A stretch of DNA of 64,000 nucleotides from Octopus vulgaris (Eukaryota), in contig OX597825.1 in assembly GCA_951406725.2 (NCBI GenBank), positions 41,168,001 through 41,232,000 on the forward strand. The letters run 5' to 3'. This document shows positions 25,701-39,983 of the stretch, in pieces. The translations under genes and the position numbers were made by a program. The notes under the pieces are model-generated. The model was not told the DNA's origin, did not search any database, and was given only the letters and a program-made list of their open reading frames with translations. Numbering within the stretch: position 1 is the first letter of the stretch; the number at the start of each line of letters is the position of its first letter.

Positions 25701-26039
25701 AGGTGACCATTTACTCTGATCACTAAGCAGATGCAGCTGTACATTAAAATACCTACTTAATAAAAACAGGACAAATTTGGAATCTTTAAGGATATCCGCC
25801 AACTGGCATTGGTTGACCCCTATCAAAATTCAAAGTTGAATCAAGCAAAATATCAGCTCAAAATCAAGCGACTTTAAATATGATGTTATATCTTTACTCT
25901 AATGCTGTATTGTATCAATCTATGGAAGATCATCTGTCTACAAACCACAAGATCACAGTTTTAACTCTGTTGTGCTGCTTCTTCATGTGGATGTTCATTT
26001 GACTATAAAATTAAAAAAATTCAAGTTTCTTCTTGACTC

Positions 26040-27200
26040 TGAGAATTTTGCAATACTTATATAAGAATTTGAAGATGTATGTTTGTAGTTTGTGAGGCAG
26101 CATATTGCTTTTCTAGTATTTAATGGAATTTTTTTCTTTCACTGAATAATTTTAGTAAAATAAATAAGAGATTTTGCTGACTGTTGGGTATACTATTTGA
26201 AGTTGCTCTTTTGATACATGTAATGTAGCTATTCATATAGGTATCAATGCTAATAATTACATTGTGTAGTATTTTACTGTTTGCTTTTCGTTTAGTATTG
26301 GATAGAAATGTTTGTAAGTTATTTGTTTTGCTTTAGTTTGATTTCCTATTTCGTTTTCTTGTTTAGTTGCTTAATGTTGAATTTTATTTCTGTTAAGCTG
26401 ATATTTGGTTGTGTTAGATTAGTTTGCATGAGATTGTTCCCTGTTTTCCTCAGATTGCCAGTTTCGGTTATATAATAAAGATTGTTTGTTTTTTATGCTA
26501 ATTTAGGAGATTATTTTGTCATTTTCTGTAAGCATTTCTATTTCTTTTAACCTATGCAAAGCAGTGATTATGCTCTTATTATATTCTGTGAACCCGATCT
26601 GTTTTCTGGTGAACGTGTTTCCACTGATGGTTTTCCAATTTATAAAAGTGTTTTCTTCTCTGACATTGATTTGTGAATGTTTTACCAGTAATTGTGAGGG
26701 CTATGTGAGTGTAGCAAAAAGCAATGGCAAGAGTGTGGCTTTGCTTAACTTGATGTTGTTGATGTGTGGGTGGGTTTTTTATGTTAGCTGTTCAAAATGT
26801 AAATTGAGTTATGATGATTCTATGTCACTGCTAACATTACCTCAGCATTGGTGTTTGTATCAGGATGTATTGTTCACATTCAAGTGTCTCCAATGATGGT
26901 TTCCAACAGTATATTAATTTGCTGTATTTGATGAGTGAAGTTGGTAGTAAGAGTATACTTGTTATTATTGGTGCTTAATTTTAGGCAAGTTTTGATTGAG
27001 CAGAATTATGACCATAGATATTCCAGCCACATCCCTCCAAGGCTCTCATATTTTCAGATCCTGTATGTAGGACTTCTTTATCTGGCATATTTTTCAGGAC
27101 ATAGTTGCCAATCTTTAAAGTTTTAACATCGCAGTCAATAAAATTGACTGTGAACGTTAATTATATTTTTGTGCTTCATGTTGCTAGTTTTAATGTTGAA
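26040..27200 (-). mobile_element. Very old LINE-like remnant (possible APE endonuclease region)
   Basis: Strong A-rich minus-strand bias and a GG.vai-like remnant near 27030; no clean motif. Confidence 0.25.
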
Positions 27201-27284
27201 TGCTTATCAATATGATAACTATCAAACCTAACCCAGTAACGACATCTTAGAATATGTCATCATTATTTGCATGTCTGCTTTCCC

Positions 27285-27652
27285 AACCATTTAAAAAGTA
27301 CCTTTGAATCATTGGGCAATATGCTGTGCATAAAGAGACCTATTGAGTCAAGTAAATCAAATCACAATCAAAGGAAAATTGTGGTTGTAGCCAATACCAG
27401 TGCTAGTGGTATGCAATAAGCACCATTCATGTGTGGGTTACTGCCAGACCCGCCTGACTGGCTCCACGTGCTGGTGGCATGTAAAAAGTACCCACTACAC
27501 TGTCGGAGTGGTTGGTGTTAGGTAGGGCATCCAGCTGTAGAAACATTGCCAGATCAGATTGGAACCTTGTGCAGCCCCCTATCTTGCCAGTCCCCAGCCA
27601 AAACGTCCAACCCATGCCAACATGGAAAACAGACGTTAAATGATGATGATGA
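27285..27652 (+). mobile_element. RTE 3'UTR copy with (GAT)n tail
   Basis: Aligns by eye to 57250-57688. Confidence 0.8.
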
Positions 27653-27656
27653 TACA

Positions 27657-27701
<45 letters not shown>

Positions 27702-27840
27702 ATGTATGTATTCATATTCATATATGTGTGAGTATATATATATATATATATATGTGTATGTGTATATATATATATATATATACATATATACACATATATA
27801 TATATGTATATACACACACACAAATATATATATATATATA
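27653..27840. repeat. Compound TA/CA/TG microsatellite
   Basis: Read directly. Confidence 0.95.
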
Positions 27841-28325
27841 TCCTCCTTCCTCCTTCCATGAGACCAGTGTTCGGCCAGCCATGATCCTTCTTTCTTAGCC
27901 TGACTGCCAACCACCTCTTATGTCCATCTCTTATGTTTCTGTTTTTAGGCTTTCACTTCATACATGCCAACTCAATTTCATTCATTCTCAGTTGAAAGAC
28001 ATCTATTGTTATATTCTTGTTGTTTGTATTTGTAATTGTTACCATTTTTTTCTGTGTTTGTCTTTGTTGTGGTACACATTCACTAGCTTTCTTGCAAAAA
28101 ATCTAATGCTCTTAGCTTAGACATTTTGGGGGGTAACCAGATCGAACAATCTCAAGTATAAGTGCCCAAAACAGTAAGGACTTCTGGTAAATTGACTGAG
28201 GAAAGAAGGCCACAAATGACCTGTCTTTTTTCACCTGTCCTTCTAATTATTGTTTCTCCTGTCTGCCTTTGTATCGTCTATCTGTCTGAATGTTTTATTG
28301 TCCTCTATTGCATTTTTTTCCATTT

Positions 28326-28401
<76 letters not shown>

Positions 28402-29060
28402 GGAGAGTTCACGAAAAAAACAAAAGACGAAGACAGGTGGTGTAGAAAACAAATAGATGTATTAGTATAACGCTCAGGAATTGAAAACGTCTTTTACGTT
28501 TTGAGCCTAAGCTCTTCTACAGAAAGGAACACAGAAAGAAACAAAGAGAGAAACAAGGGGAGAAAAAAAATGTGTGTAGTGGCTACCAATCTATCATGGC
28601 GACTGCCAGACAGAAGGGTCATATAGGAGAGTGAAGAAGTAGGGGAGTAAGGATAATCCCCAAAATGAAGGTGCACATGTGTGTAAGAGAGTACGTATGT
28701 GCATGTGAAAGAGGACTGGTGGGCTTGACGTGTGCATGTGTGTATGTGTAGGTGTGAAAATGTGGGGTTGGGAATTGGTTAGTGCTGGTGTGTGGGTGGC
28801 GTTTTGTGATGTGATGTGTAGTGTGGTGGGAGGTGGGGGAGGTGGGGGAGGTGAGAGTGGGGAAAGCACGGGTGGTGCGTGGGTTAGGCTGCGGGTTGGT
28901 GTAGAGTTGGGATATGTGGGTAGGCAGAGGGTGGGAATAGAGGTAGGTGTTTGTGGGTAGGCAGAGGGTGGGGTATGTGGGAGAGGGTGTAAAGGATAGG
29001 ATGAGGTGGGGTGGGAAGGATAGGTAAGGTGGAATAGGAACGTGTAGGGGTGGGGCTAGT
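28402..29060 (-). mobile_element. Penelope-like terminal repeat remnant with hammerhead-like motif (28491-28526) and G/T-rich low-complexity tract
   Basis: Minus strand cttt-CTGTAGA-a-gagc-ttag-gctc-AAAA-cg-TA-aaag; same family as 7550-7720 (atgtattag..gctcag shared). Confidence 0.55.
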
Positions 29061-29817
29061 TGTATTTTGGGATGGTCATTTTTCTTTTATTTGCCAAATA
29101 AACACAGGCACTATATATTTGTTCTTCACTCATTTATAACTCTTCTTATTTCAACTTATGTCTATTGTCTGGAAATCTTTCATCATACATCTGGGACCTC
29201 TTATGCAATACTTTTTGTTTTCGTGTATGCGTTGGCTCCACTTACTCCATTCTGATTTTCTATGATGTGTATCCTTATGTGTGCATGTGTTTGCATCTGT
29301 GTTTGTGTGTGTATATGCATATGCTTGTTGGTGTCATTGTTCTTAGCAGCACTATGGCCTTCCCCTCAGCCCCATCCTCTCACCCTATTGTGCTGCTGCT
29401 GTCCCAGGACTTGAAAATTTTGTACAGTTCCTGTATCTCTCTGTGTTTGTATGTTCACCTGCAATGTTGCCATCGTGGTAGTTGTTGTTATTGTTGTTGT
29501 TGTTGTTGTTACTGCCATCGCTGTCACCACCACTGCTGCTGTCATTGTTAGTTGAGTTGTTGATATTGTTGTAGCCCTCTGTGAGGTTATTGTGTGTGTG
29601 TTTATGGGTTTGCTTCTTATGTTCTTTGTATTCATGCCCTTTATTTTTTTCATCTATCTCTATTTTTTTTTATATTCATCACAGGTAAGTGACAAATATA
29701 TTTATTTATTTTGTTTTGTTTATTATTATTTTTCTATATTTATCATTATATAAAAAAAAATGACAATATCTGTTTCAACACAATTTCACATCAGAAATTT
29801 TGCAACACAAATTGATT

Positions 29818-29854
<37 letters not shown>

Positions 29855-31950
29855 TTTTTAAAAATAACAAACTAGAGTTGATCTCAAAATCATGATGAAT
29901 GAAATACATTACTGTAGACTATTTAATTTGGGTTCAACCATTTTCACTGGTCTATAGAATTAAACAAATAATAGTGTATAACCAAACTATTTTGATGTTT
30001 ACATGATTTACAAGCCTAATAAGTGAGGCTACGGGAAAATTCATATATTCTGTTGAAATAATATTCCAATAATTTTACACATTAAAATATTGCTATTCCT
30101 GCTGAAAGAAGTAAAAAACAGCTAAACACTTCTGTTAACATGGTTAAAGTATTATGAATTTGGCTTGTTTTTCTTATTTGCAGAAATGCAATAATGGTTA
30201 TTATGAAATTGAATTGTAAGAAAGTTTGGAAAGAACAGTTTGCTTTATATCAAAGAGAACTAGTATTAAACTGTAAATATTGATAACGTGAGAAAATCCT
30301 ATAAATAATGAATCTCAATATATACATTCATTCTTCCTTTTAAGTTGAAATTTTTCGAGGGACAAAGTTGACTTTCATCTCTAAATTGTTGATAAAATTG
30401 TTTATATTTTCTTGATCAAAAGAATTCATAGAGCTGGGGGTTCATCTTTAGTTTCTGTGGATGAGAATCATTTCCCACTGGATATGATACCAGACTATCA
30501 CAAGTGGTTTTGCTCTTGGGAGCAATATAACACAACTCTGGAAAATAATCATTTACAGTTATTCTCTCTGCTTACAGCTATGAATCATATAATCTACAGG
30601 ACCTCTGTGTATCTGCTTCATCCCTACAAGAAGTAGCAGCCAAATCTCCACTAACAACCATTTTAATCTCTATCCAAAACCTAGAATGTTGATAACATAA
30701 TATTAAGTAGACTGCATGTGAAGGTGAAAATGACCACACTAATATTTATCCGAATTTTCATATATTTTTATTTAACATGGAATGTTTCTATTTACATACG
30801 TATAAATATTTGATTTGATGGAATGGTATTCATGAAATAGTGAATGGAATGATTAAAAGTCTTCTGCAATGCAATACACTAGATAACGTTATGAAAGTAA
30901 TTCATTTTTCTGATAAGAGAACAAGTAGAATGTGTTAGAACTACTGCATAAAAGTATTTGTGAATGATTTGACATTACAGTGAAAGGCTGATACCTTTTG
31001 TCAAACATAACACAAGCATGTTAAATAAGGAAATGCAGAAGAAGTTGAGAAACCATTTCGCTGAACAAAGCAACATTAATCTGGACTGCTGGGTAGCTCT
31101 AGTTTGGGATTGAATCTATCAACTTTTTATAACAATATGCAAAATTATCTAGAATATTCAATTAAGTTATTTTGTGGGAAGCTGGCACACTTCCTTTAAG
31201 GTTCATAAGTACACCATTACAAGTTAGCCAATACTGAATTGGTGTGAAAGCATTAATGCATTCAATAGTGACATGTTTCCTGTTATGGCAGTATGGTAAA
31301 CCGTGGTCCAGAACTCAGAAACCTAAGAATGATGGATCGAAATTTAGTCAGAACCTTGCTACAATATCTTTGAAAATTACCAAGTCACTATGATTTGAAT
31401 AGTAATATTGCATTTTTTTTTATCTAGATATGTTTAATTTGTACATATTGAAAGTAATATATGTGCATATTTCACATCAAATTTAGTTACAGTATATAAT
31501 GTGAAAACTTAGTTTTTGATCTTGTACATCTACAGTAAACTAGCTTCACATTACATAGGGTTTAAACTCAACTTGGATGCAATACTACAAACTAAGAAAC
31601 CATGCATTTCATTAACAGTGCTTCTGATGATATCAGTTGTGTGTCATTTTCCTTTCCCATGGTACCAAGTTTCAAACAGATCAGCTAAGCTAGCAAAATA
31701 TTAATATATTTTTGTTACAACAGCATATTGATAGAGAGGAGGGTAAATGATTTCCAAAATTTCTAGATACTAAAATCAACACTGAACATTATCTGCTTAT
31801 TTACAATTTTAAAATATCAATGTTTTTTCTCCAAAATATTTAAATTACATATCTCAGAATAAAAATAGTTGATGACACTTTCATGCCGTGTGGGTAACGC
31901 TTAAACAATGAACATTCAAATAACTCTCGACAACCAGGTTATAAAGACTT

Positions 31951-32872
31951 TACAAAGTGGTATCAAAATGTTTTCAGACTCTTTATGTTTAACAAAAATA
32001 ACTTATTTACATAAGTTTTAACCTCATTGCCATCGAAATAGTCACCTTTCACAGCAAGACATTGGTCCCAGCGTTGCTTCCACTTTTGGAATTTGGCTTG
32101 GTAGCTATTTTCCGCAAGTGAGTTGAGGATCTTCTGTGATTCACTCTGGATCGTGACAATGTTGTTAAAATGGCAACCTTTGAGCTGTATTTTCATCTTA
32201 GGGAGGAGATGGAAATCCACAGGGGCTAAATCTGGCCAATAGGATGGATGTGGAAGCAATACTATGCTGTTCTGGGTGAGAAACTCATGAGTGAGGAGAG
32301 CTCAGTGACAGGGTGTGTTGTCATTATGAAAATCCAATTCCTTGCACTCCACAGATCCAGTTGCTTTCACCAAATGTCCTCCCTCAAATGCTTCAAAACT
32401 TCACAGTAGAACTCTCAATTGGCAGTCTGGCCCTGGGGGATGAATTCTTGATGCACAATACCACATTTCTAGGGGTGACGCACATGGCAGGTCTTCCATA
32501 TTGCTCATCATCTTTCAAGGAATTTCTTCCACTTTTGCAGTGCCCATGCCTGTCAAAATATTACATACAACCCATTCCCTCATCACTGAAAGCTTGCCAA
32601 AGCATGCTCATTGTTGCTGTAGCAGATTTCTCAAGTTTAAAGCAAGCTTTCACGTTGGCTCTATGTGCCTGTTCATGACAAAATCGCAAACTACGTCATG
32701 CACATGAACACAAAAACACAAATTTCACAACTTGCAAAGTAAACACAGAGATGTCACTTAACACACTGCCTCATGAAGGTCACTGCTAGCTCTCACAGTG
32801 AATGCAACCATGTGATTCCATCTGTTGTCATGCAGTAGAACTAGTTCAGGAACTTTTTGACACCACCTCTTA
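31951..32872 (-). mobile_element. Internally deleted mariner with TIRs and TA TSD
   Basis: TIRs tacaaagtggtatcaaaatgttttcagact / agttcaggaactttttgacaccacctctta; HNDNTPCH and PHPSYWPDLAPVDFHLLPKMK..RWDQC..GDYFDG; only 922 bp, deletion junction near 32465. Confidence 0.9.
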
Positions 32873-33239
32873 AAACAATGTAGTCTGTTTCATTCTGTAT
32901 TCAAATTTGCTGCAGGAGTTTTTATTGTTCCTGCTATGATAATGCATACACATACACACACACACACACAAGCATATTTTAATTCCCTTGATTGTAATGA
33001 ACAAGTATCAGAGTTATAGGGAAAATGCCAAAAAATTATTACCCTAGTGATGGATGCATCCGATCAGGAAACGTTGACTGATTCTTTAATACTTTTTATT
33101 ACATAAAATCATGGAATAAATAAGTACCTATCCTTTAGCCATATCTATACATAAATTTTCTAGCAATGAAACATTGTAATGAACATGAATTTATGAAAAG
33201 ATAAAACATTAAAAACATCTTTTATAAACCTTATTTAAG

Positions 33240-33243
<4 letters not shown>

Positions 33244-33337
<94 letters not shown>
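33244..33337. repeat. Long perfect (TA)n
   Basis: Read directly. Confidence 0.97.
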
Positions 33338-33338
<1 letters not shown>

Positions 33339-34109
33339 TCATCAGATTCTCCATCATAAGATGAAAGAATCCCTTGATGTTAAGCTGCTTTATAAGAATC
33401 CAAGTTTTTGATCTCCCATCTGAATTGCTGTAAATTGATGTTTTAGGAGGCTAAATATGATGATAGCTGCTTCAGCAAGGAAAAGATGAATGAGTAAAAA
33501 AAAATCTGATAGAGGATTCTAATTCTGAACAGGTTATGAAATTATAAATGGTCGATTTAACTAGCTGGTTGTCTGCACCAGATACTTTTATTTGAAGAAC
33601 TGTTTGTAGTTATTGACCTTTCTTTGAGATACATTATTCTCTCAAAGAGAATTTGTTTAGATTTGAATTTGAATTTCATATTTTATTAGATATTAATTTA
33701 GAGTGTGAAGCTGAATTTTTCCTTTTTTTTTAGATATAATATCAATAACAACATTAGCCACTGTCACCTCTACCATCTATCTTTAGTTTATTGAAATTCT
33801 AATACCTTCTTCAAATAACTTCCTCCACCAACACATTTTGAAGTCAGTGCAGAATTTATTAATTTTATGTAAGCATAAATATTTAGTCTAGCTCAAAAAT
33901 CATTCTAAGGTTATAATCATTAAAGCGAGAAGATGTAGGTTCTGACAATCTAACTGTATTGTATATATCTGCATGTGTAGTACTAATGACCAAAAAGTAA
34001 GTGTTTTTACATGAACATCACACAATCTCATTGTCTTTCTCTCTGCTATAAAATTTTGTAAGAAACTATTTAAAGGATTCAATTTTGTTACTCTCAGCTT
34101 TTATTATTT

Positions 34110-34318
34110 TCCTGATTTAAGTCATTTGATTAAGTTTGGCCATACTAGAGCACCACTTTGAATGCTCTTAATTAATCACATCAATTTCAGTGCTTATTTT
34201 AGTCACATGGATAGAAAAAATAAGTTTTTTGGCATAATTCAGTGATGCAGGTTTGTTGAAACAACCTAGAACCATTTGGATGTGAAGTGAGCTTCTTAAC
34301 TGAATGGTTATGCCTTCA
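34110..34318 (-). mobile_element. Degenerate, internally deleted family B SINE
   Basis: gtcatttga..ggccatactagagcacca..cctagaaccat..agcttcttaac. Confidence 0.5.
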
Positions 34319-35640
34319 CGCACACATAAAATGAATTTTACTCTCAACCATCTTATATGGATATCTGCTCCAGCTACATTGGTTTTATTACTAATACTGT
34401 TTCATCAGTGAAGAATGGCTTTTTAAATTTGGTGGTGCCTTATTTCAAATTCAAATATCTGGTAATCTCTCTTTTACTATAGTTTGGTTTCAAATATCAA
34501 CATAGATATTTCTTTAACTAGAATATCTTATTCTAGTTAAAGACATTGTAAGAAGTCTCTTTACTAGTCAAACTATGAGATATTCACTCTCCTAATCCAA
34601 AACAGTATCATTGGTTAGATACATATCTACAACAGTTCTCTGAAGAATTCAGTATTTTAACTATTCAGCCTGTGAAACTTTGTATCTTATTTTCAACATA
34701 ACTTTCTTCACTTTATTTTGTCAATAAATCTTGAATACACAAAGAACTATTTCTTCACAATAAGTGGAAACTTCATCAAACAGTGCAGCTAGCTATACAG
34801 CATTCTTACCAATAAACCTACAACATAAGAACATGTAAAAGTCCCTTCAACTTTGAAGAATCTTGTGAATTAGTGCATAATTCTAATTTTTTGGTGTTGG
34901 TACAAGTAAAATCTGCTTAGTGACTATCTTATTAACTATCAGATTTGTGTTCAAAAGCTTAAGCATTGAGTGGACATCTTGTAGTGCACTTTATTATGCT
35001 ATGTATCATAGTCCATTTAATTCTAAAGAACAAGTGCTAGAAATAATGGGGAAATCATTTGTAATAGACCAGCATTCTCTCTAGTGGGACATTTTTATTC
35101 TCACATTCATTTAATCTTACAGAAACTTAAATTGAGGAATGATCCTGTGAAATCATCATGGAATTATGTGTAGAAGAAATCAATTTCTGCCTGCATGAGA
35201 TCCAGAATGAGAAACATTCCCTGAACTGTGCTGTAGTTCGGATGTAAAACAAAATTGACATGCTCATATCTATTATATCCATGTTACCTGTTTATTTCCA
35301 GAGCAATGCCTCATAAAATCATGAGATACAAATGAAATATGATGAGCCATATTGATATCAATAGGAAAAATATTAGAGATATATAGATATGAGAGATAAA
35401 AAAATTATGTAAGACTGAATTATTAAAAAAATATTACATACATCCATGTTCTAGTTGTTGTAGAAGCATTAAGAATATGATGAGGTTAATTACAGAATAA
35501 TTACTGAAATAAAAAACATATCTATAATACTGATTATTACTTAACCATTCCTCTTGATTCTTGATCATAAAAATAACATCATTTCTCAAAAAAATGGGTA
35601 CCAAAAATATTCTGTTCTAAAATTTATTTGAATGGCTGAT

Positions 35641-35748
35641 AGGGGAGAGAGAAAGAGAGAGGGGGAGAGAAAGAGAGGAGAGAGAGGGAAGAGAGAAAGA
35701 GAGAAGGGAGGAAGTGAGTGAGAGAGTGAAAGAGAGACAGAGAGAGAG
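35641..35748. repeat. (GA)-rich polypurine tract
   Basis: Read directly. Confidence 0.9.
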
Positions 35749-36849
35749 CTTCTATACAGTCTCCCAAACTGCTAGGAATAGCAACCAAAGCTCCTATAAA
35801 TCATACATAGTTACAGATATATGCTATGACTGAATAAAAAAGTGAATAATTTTGACCTGAATGCCATTGATTATAGATGTACTGCTATGAACCAATAAAA
35901 TAATAAAAGAGCTTCGGCACATTCATTCAGCATGCTGGAAAGAGAAGTCAAAGCTTCCTCAAATCACTCTCAATTGTCTTTAATGGAAAAGTCAATGACT
36001 AGTATCTTACAAATGTTAAGCCTGATTTAAAAATGGAATGGTCGTAACTCGAATGACTTTGATCATGAGTTCACTGGATCAAAGCTAACCTGAACTTAAA
36101 CAACAGGACCAGTTATATAAACATGATAAACACAGAGTTATGTAGCACCCAAATTTATAACAAAATCCTTTAAGTATACTTATATTCAAATCTTGTAAAA
36201 AAAAGCTTTATCCATTCTGCCGTTAGACAAATTGAATAATATATATACCAGAAATCTGTTCCATTCCTTTATATTATTATTCATAACAACAGCAGCAACA
36301 ATTACAACAACAACCGCCATCATCATCACCATCATTATTTATTTTATTATAATAATATAAGAGAAAACTAATAAATATAGGAAGTTCTAGTAACATCTTC
36401 AACATCATAAATTTATAATGAAAGAATCTAAAAAAATAAATCTAGTTTGAACTAAGATTTGGAAATATGAAGTGGTACATTCCAGTACAACAACTTGAAT
36501 CACTTTGAAAGATAAAATAAATAAAAAAAATAATAATGCAGAAAATAGTTGAGAATTTTTTATTTTTTATATTTCTTCAATTATAAAATTGCCATGAGTG
36601 GAATTATAAAATTTGTCAGCCATTCATTGGTTACTAATTATATATATGGATAGAAAACGTTCATCATGATAATTGCAATATTTATTAACAACATCCTTTC
36701 CTTCTCCTTCTCCTATTCTTCATTCTCCTCCTCCTTACAATCACTATTATTAGAAATATACTCTCAACAAGGCAACAATAAAATTACCATTGCTGCTCTT
36801 ACAGAGTATTTCCATATGCAAACCATACAGATAAGAACAACATTGGTGA

Positions 36850-37050
36850 GCCAATGAGAGAGGTTCTTTGCCCTGAAAATAGCAGCTACATTTCCCTCAA
36901 ATCATACCATACTGTCATGAAATAAAAGGGGTACTTTGGATAATAAAAGACGGCAAAGCCATGGCTGGAATTCCTTTGAACATAGGTTTGAGAACAGGTC
37001 TGTTAACTTTGAGCTACATGGCAACAACAACAACTACAACAATAACAGCA
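36850..37050 (+). mobile_element. Old dispersed repeat family C (aaatagcagc..ccctcaaatca..catggctggaat..ctttga.catag..(CAA)n tail)
   Basis: Related copies near 3860-4085, 17990-18190 (-), 30630-30700, 35760-36110, 46570-46640 (-), 50960-51120 (-), 52660-52730 (-). Confidence 0.55.
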
Positions 37051-37244
37051 GCAATTTCACTTAATGTACTCTGTCACCTTGTACTCTGCTAGAGCCAGAA
37101 GGGAGGCTTTACCATATTATCAAACATTTATCTTGTTTTCACTCACTGAACTATTATTTCCATTTTGTAATTCTTCATGCAATTCTTCATTTTGTAATTC
37201 TTGGTTTGCTTTTGATGTTTTGTCCTTCAGCTTAGGTTGTATCA

Positions 37245-37572
37245 GGAATGGTGGTGGCAGTGATAGTGGTGATGGGGATGCTGGTGATAGGGATAGTGGT
37301 AATGTGGTGATAGTAGAGGTAATTGAGGTGGGAGAGCAATGTTGATAGTGGGGTTGTAATGATGGTCATAATAAAGGGAGATGGTAATGGTTGAAGTAGT
37401 TATGATGGTGCTGATAAGATGAGAGGGGTAGTTGTTGAAGGTGATGATAGAGTTTGATAATGATGATACTAATGGCTGTAATGATAATGATGGTGGTAGT
37501 GGTGATGGGGCGATACTGTTAGCATTGTTGAATGTGGTGATGATGGTCTTGTTGCTACTGTTGTTGCTGTTA
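37245..37572. repeat. Degenerate GAT/GGT/GTT trinucleotide low-complexity tract
   Basis: Read directly. Confidence 0.8.
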
Positions 37573-39084
37573 TCAAGTATCTTTGAGCAGATAGATTTAA
37601 CTAAGTTTATAACAACAAGCCAGCTGACCAAATAGTGCATTCAGTTAAAAACACTTCTAGAATATTCATTGTATCTTTACTGTCAGAGAATATCTTTCAA
37701 AAATACGGCACTTAATTACATTTTTGAAATATGATAGAATGCATAAAGACTAATCAAGCATCCAACAAATTGAAAGTTTTTTTACTGTCACCAGCACCAT
37801 ATTGTTTCTATGCCCAAAAGACATAGAACTTAAACAGACCAGTTCTATCCGTATGGATGTGTGAAAGAGTTAGAAGAGGTAGCCAGACTATAAAAAGTAG
37901 TTACATAGCTCACACTATACACCTGCTTTTCTTTTCAGATTATCAGAAAACTCATAGGGTCAACCAAACTAGTGTCATCTCAAGATCAATTGAACAGATA
38001 CCGCTGATCAGAAGAATTCAATTAAATTGAACATCTAATGTAAGACAGCTTCACGAGTTACAACCAAGGGAAGTTCTCTTGTCTTCTTGTCTTCTATCAT
38101 ATGTTAATCAGTAAAAAGTTTTATTTTGGTTACAACATAATTAATTTTACACTAGTTTTAATTTTTTTCCCCATCCTATAACAGTTTTTCTATAGTTGTA
38201 TCTGCTGAATCTACTGTTTTTATCTCAAATCACATTCCATTTACTTTATTTTTACTTTGTTGTAAATTAGGAATTCTATAGAAAATATCTTAAATTTTAA
38301 ATATTTTTTATTGTATGTCTTAATAATTTTAGCAACTGATTTCTCAAATATTTTATGTCTTCTATTTGTTTTTTCGTTCTTTTTATCATACAGTATAGAA
38401 TAGTAAGGAAACCCTACATAATCTACCACCAAACCTATATCTGAGAGATAGATTCAGCTGTGTTCATATTATACATACACTACAATTAAATTTCTATACT
38501 ATCACCTATCACTTCCTCTTCCCCAGATCATTCATTTTAAATCTCAATTAACTTCTCTTACCATTGCCCATTTCTGTAACCATCTATCATTTGATCCCTT
38601 CTCAGTGGTAAGCATGCAACTACCAATACTAGCTCACCTCCATTAGTTATCTCAGCACTACAAATTTTCCCTCAGTTCTTGCATTTACCAATCTCAGATC
38701 TCAATCATTCTCTGTCTTCTCATCACACCCTTCTCCCAATTGCACACTTTGGTCCTTCTATCATCACTCACTTTTCTTTTATCGTTGTCATTCTGACTTA
38801 ACTGGACAGCATCATTGTGGAGTTAAGTAGGCCTTTTAATCTTGTCAAGGGTCTGGTAACCCCGCAATGTTGGTATTTTGATAAAATGTATCCTGTATAT
38901 ACTCTGATAAAGTTAGTATGAAAAGGAGTAGAAAACCTGAGAAACTGAACTAAAAATCAGAATGTGTTCCCTTGACTTCTCAAGGAGTGTGGCGATTTTC
39001 AGTAAGACCTAGCTTTGATCACGACACCCTGCTTGTTCAGAAGAGAATACCACTGTAGTAATGGTAGAGAAGTCAGAGAAGATA

Positions 39085-39983
39085 CAATACATTCATGCAA
39101 TGCAGCAATGGATCATGGACTGGCAACTTAAGCTGGCTCTGGACAAATGTACCACCATGCATTTTGGAAGGAAAAACCCAGCGGCTACTTATTCCCCCCA
39201 CAACACTAATCTCAAAAAGTCTTCGTATGAACGTGACCTTGGCATTATTGTTGACAGTAATTTGTATTGGACAAAACACATTGCTAAAATTGCCAAGAAG
39301 GCCAAGGGTGTCTTGGCATCATTTACCAAGTCCTTTGTGAGCCGCTTTCCGGCTATCTATCTGAGGCTTTATATAGCTATGGTGCGGCCTCACCTGGAAT
39401 TTCATCACCAGTCTGGAACCCCTATCTTTCCCAGGATATTAATCATCTGGAAACCATTCAGTGACGTGCAACCAAGAGAATACCCTCCATCAGGCATTTG
39501 CCATATTCTGAACGCCTTACTTCCTTGGGCATGGATACATTGAAACTCCGACATCTGGCAGCTGACTTGGAAGACACCCATAAAATTATTAACCATCTTA
39601 CTAACAATAAATCTGAGCACCTTTTCAAACTCCACCTGTCTAACACCCGTGGACATGTTCACAAAATCAGAAAACAGCACAGCTCCCATGACTTTCGGAA
39701 GCATTTTTTCACACTAAGAGTTGCTGAAGTATGGAACAAACTGCCAGCATCAGTTGTTAGTTGTTGGAGCACTGCATCCTTCAAAACTTCCATGCTTCTG
39801 AGATTTGCCAACACTACACCTGATTTTTCTCCCCTCCATACACATGCAAGCATGTGTCTGACTCATACACTGTTCACTTTCCAGGCATTTGTACATTACT
39901 GCATATGCTTTATATGTACTTTTGACAAGTTGTCGTGCACCTGAGCACTGTATACAATAATTTCATTATTATTATTATTATTA
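39085..39983 (+). mobile_element. 5'-truncated CR1-clade LINE (RT C-terminus, 3'UTR, (ATT)n tail)
   Basis: WQLKLALDKCTTMHFGRKNP, ERDLGIIVDSNL, LYIAMVRPHLE, YSERLTSLG, TRGHVHKI, RKHFFTLRVAEVWNKLP; tail cattattattatt. Confidence 0.93.

Noticed and set aside
27546-29653. Cluster of overlapping ORFs (poly-IY, HT, G, C)
   Set aside because: Simple-repeat artefacts present in several frames at once.
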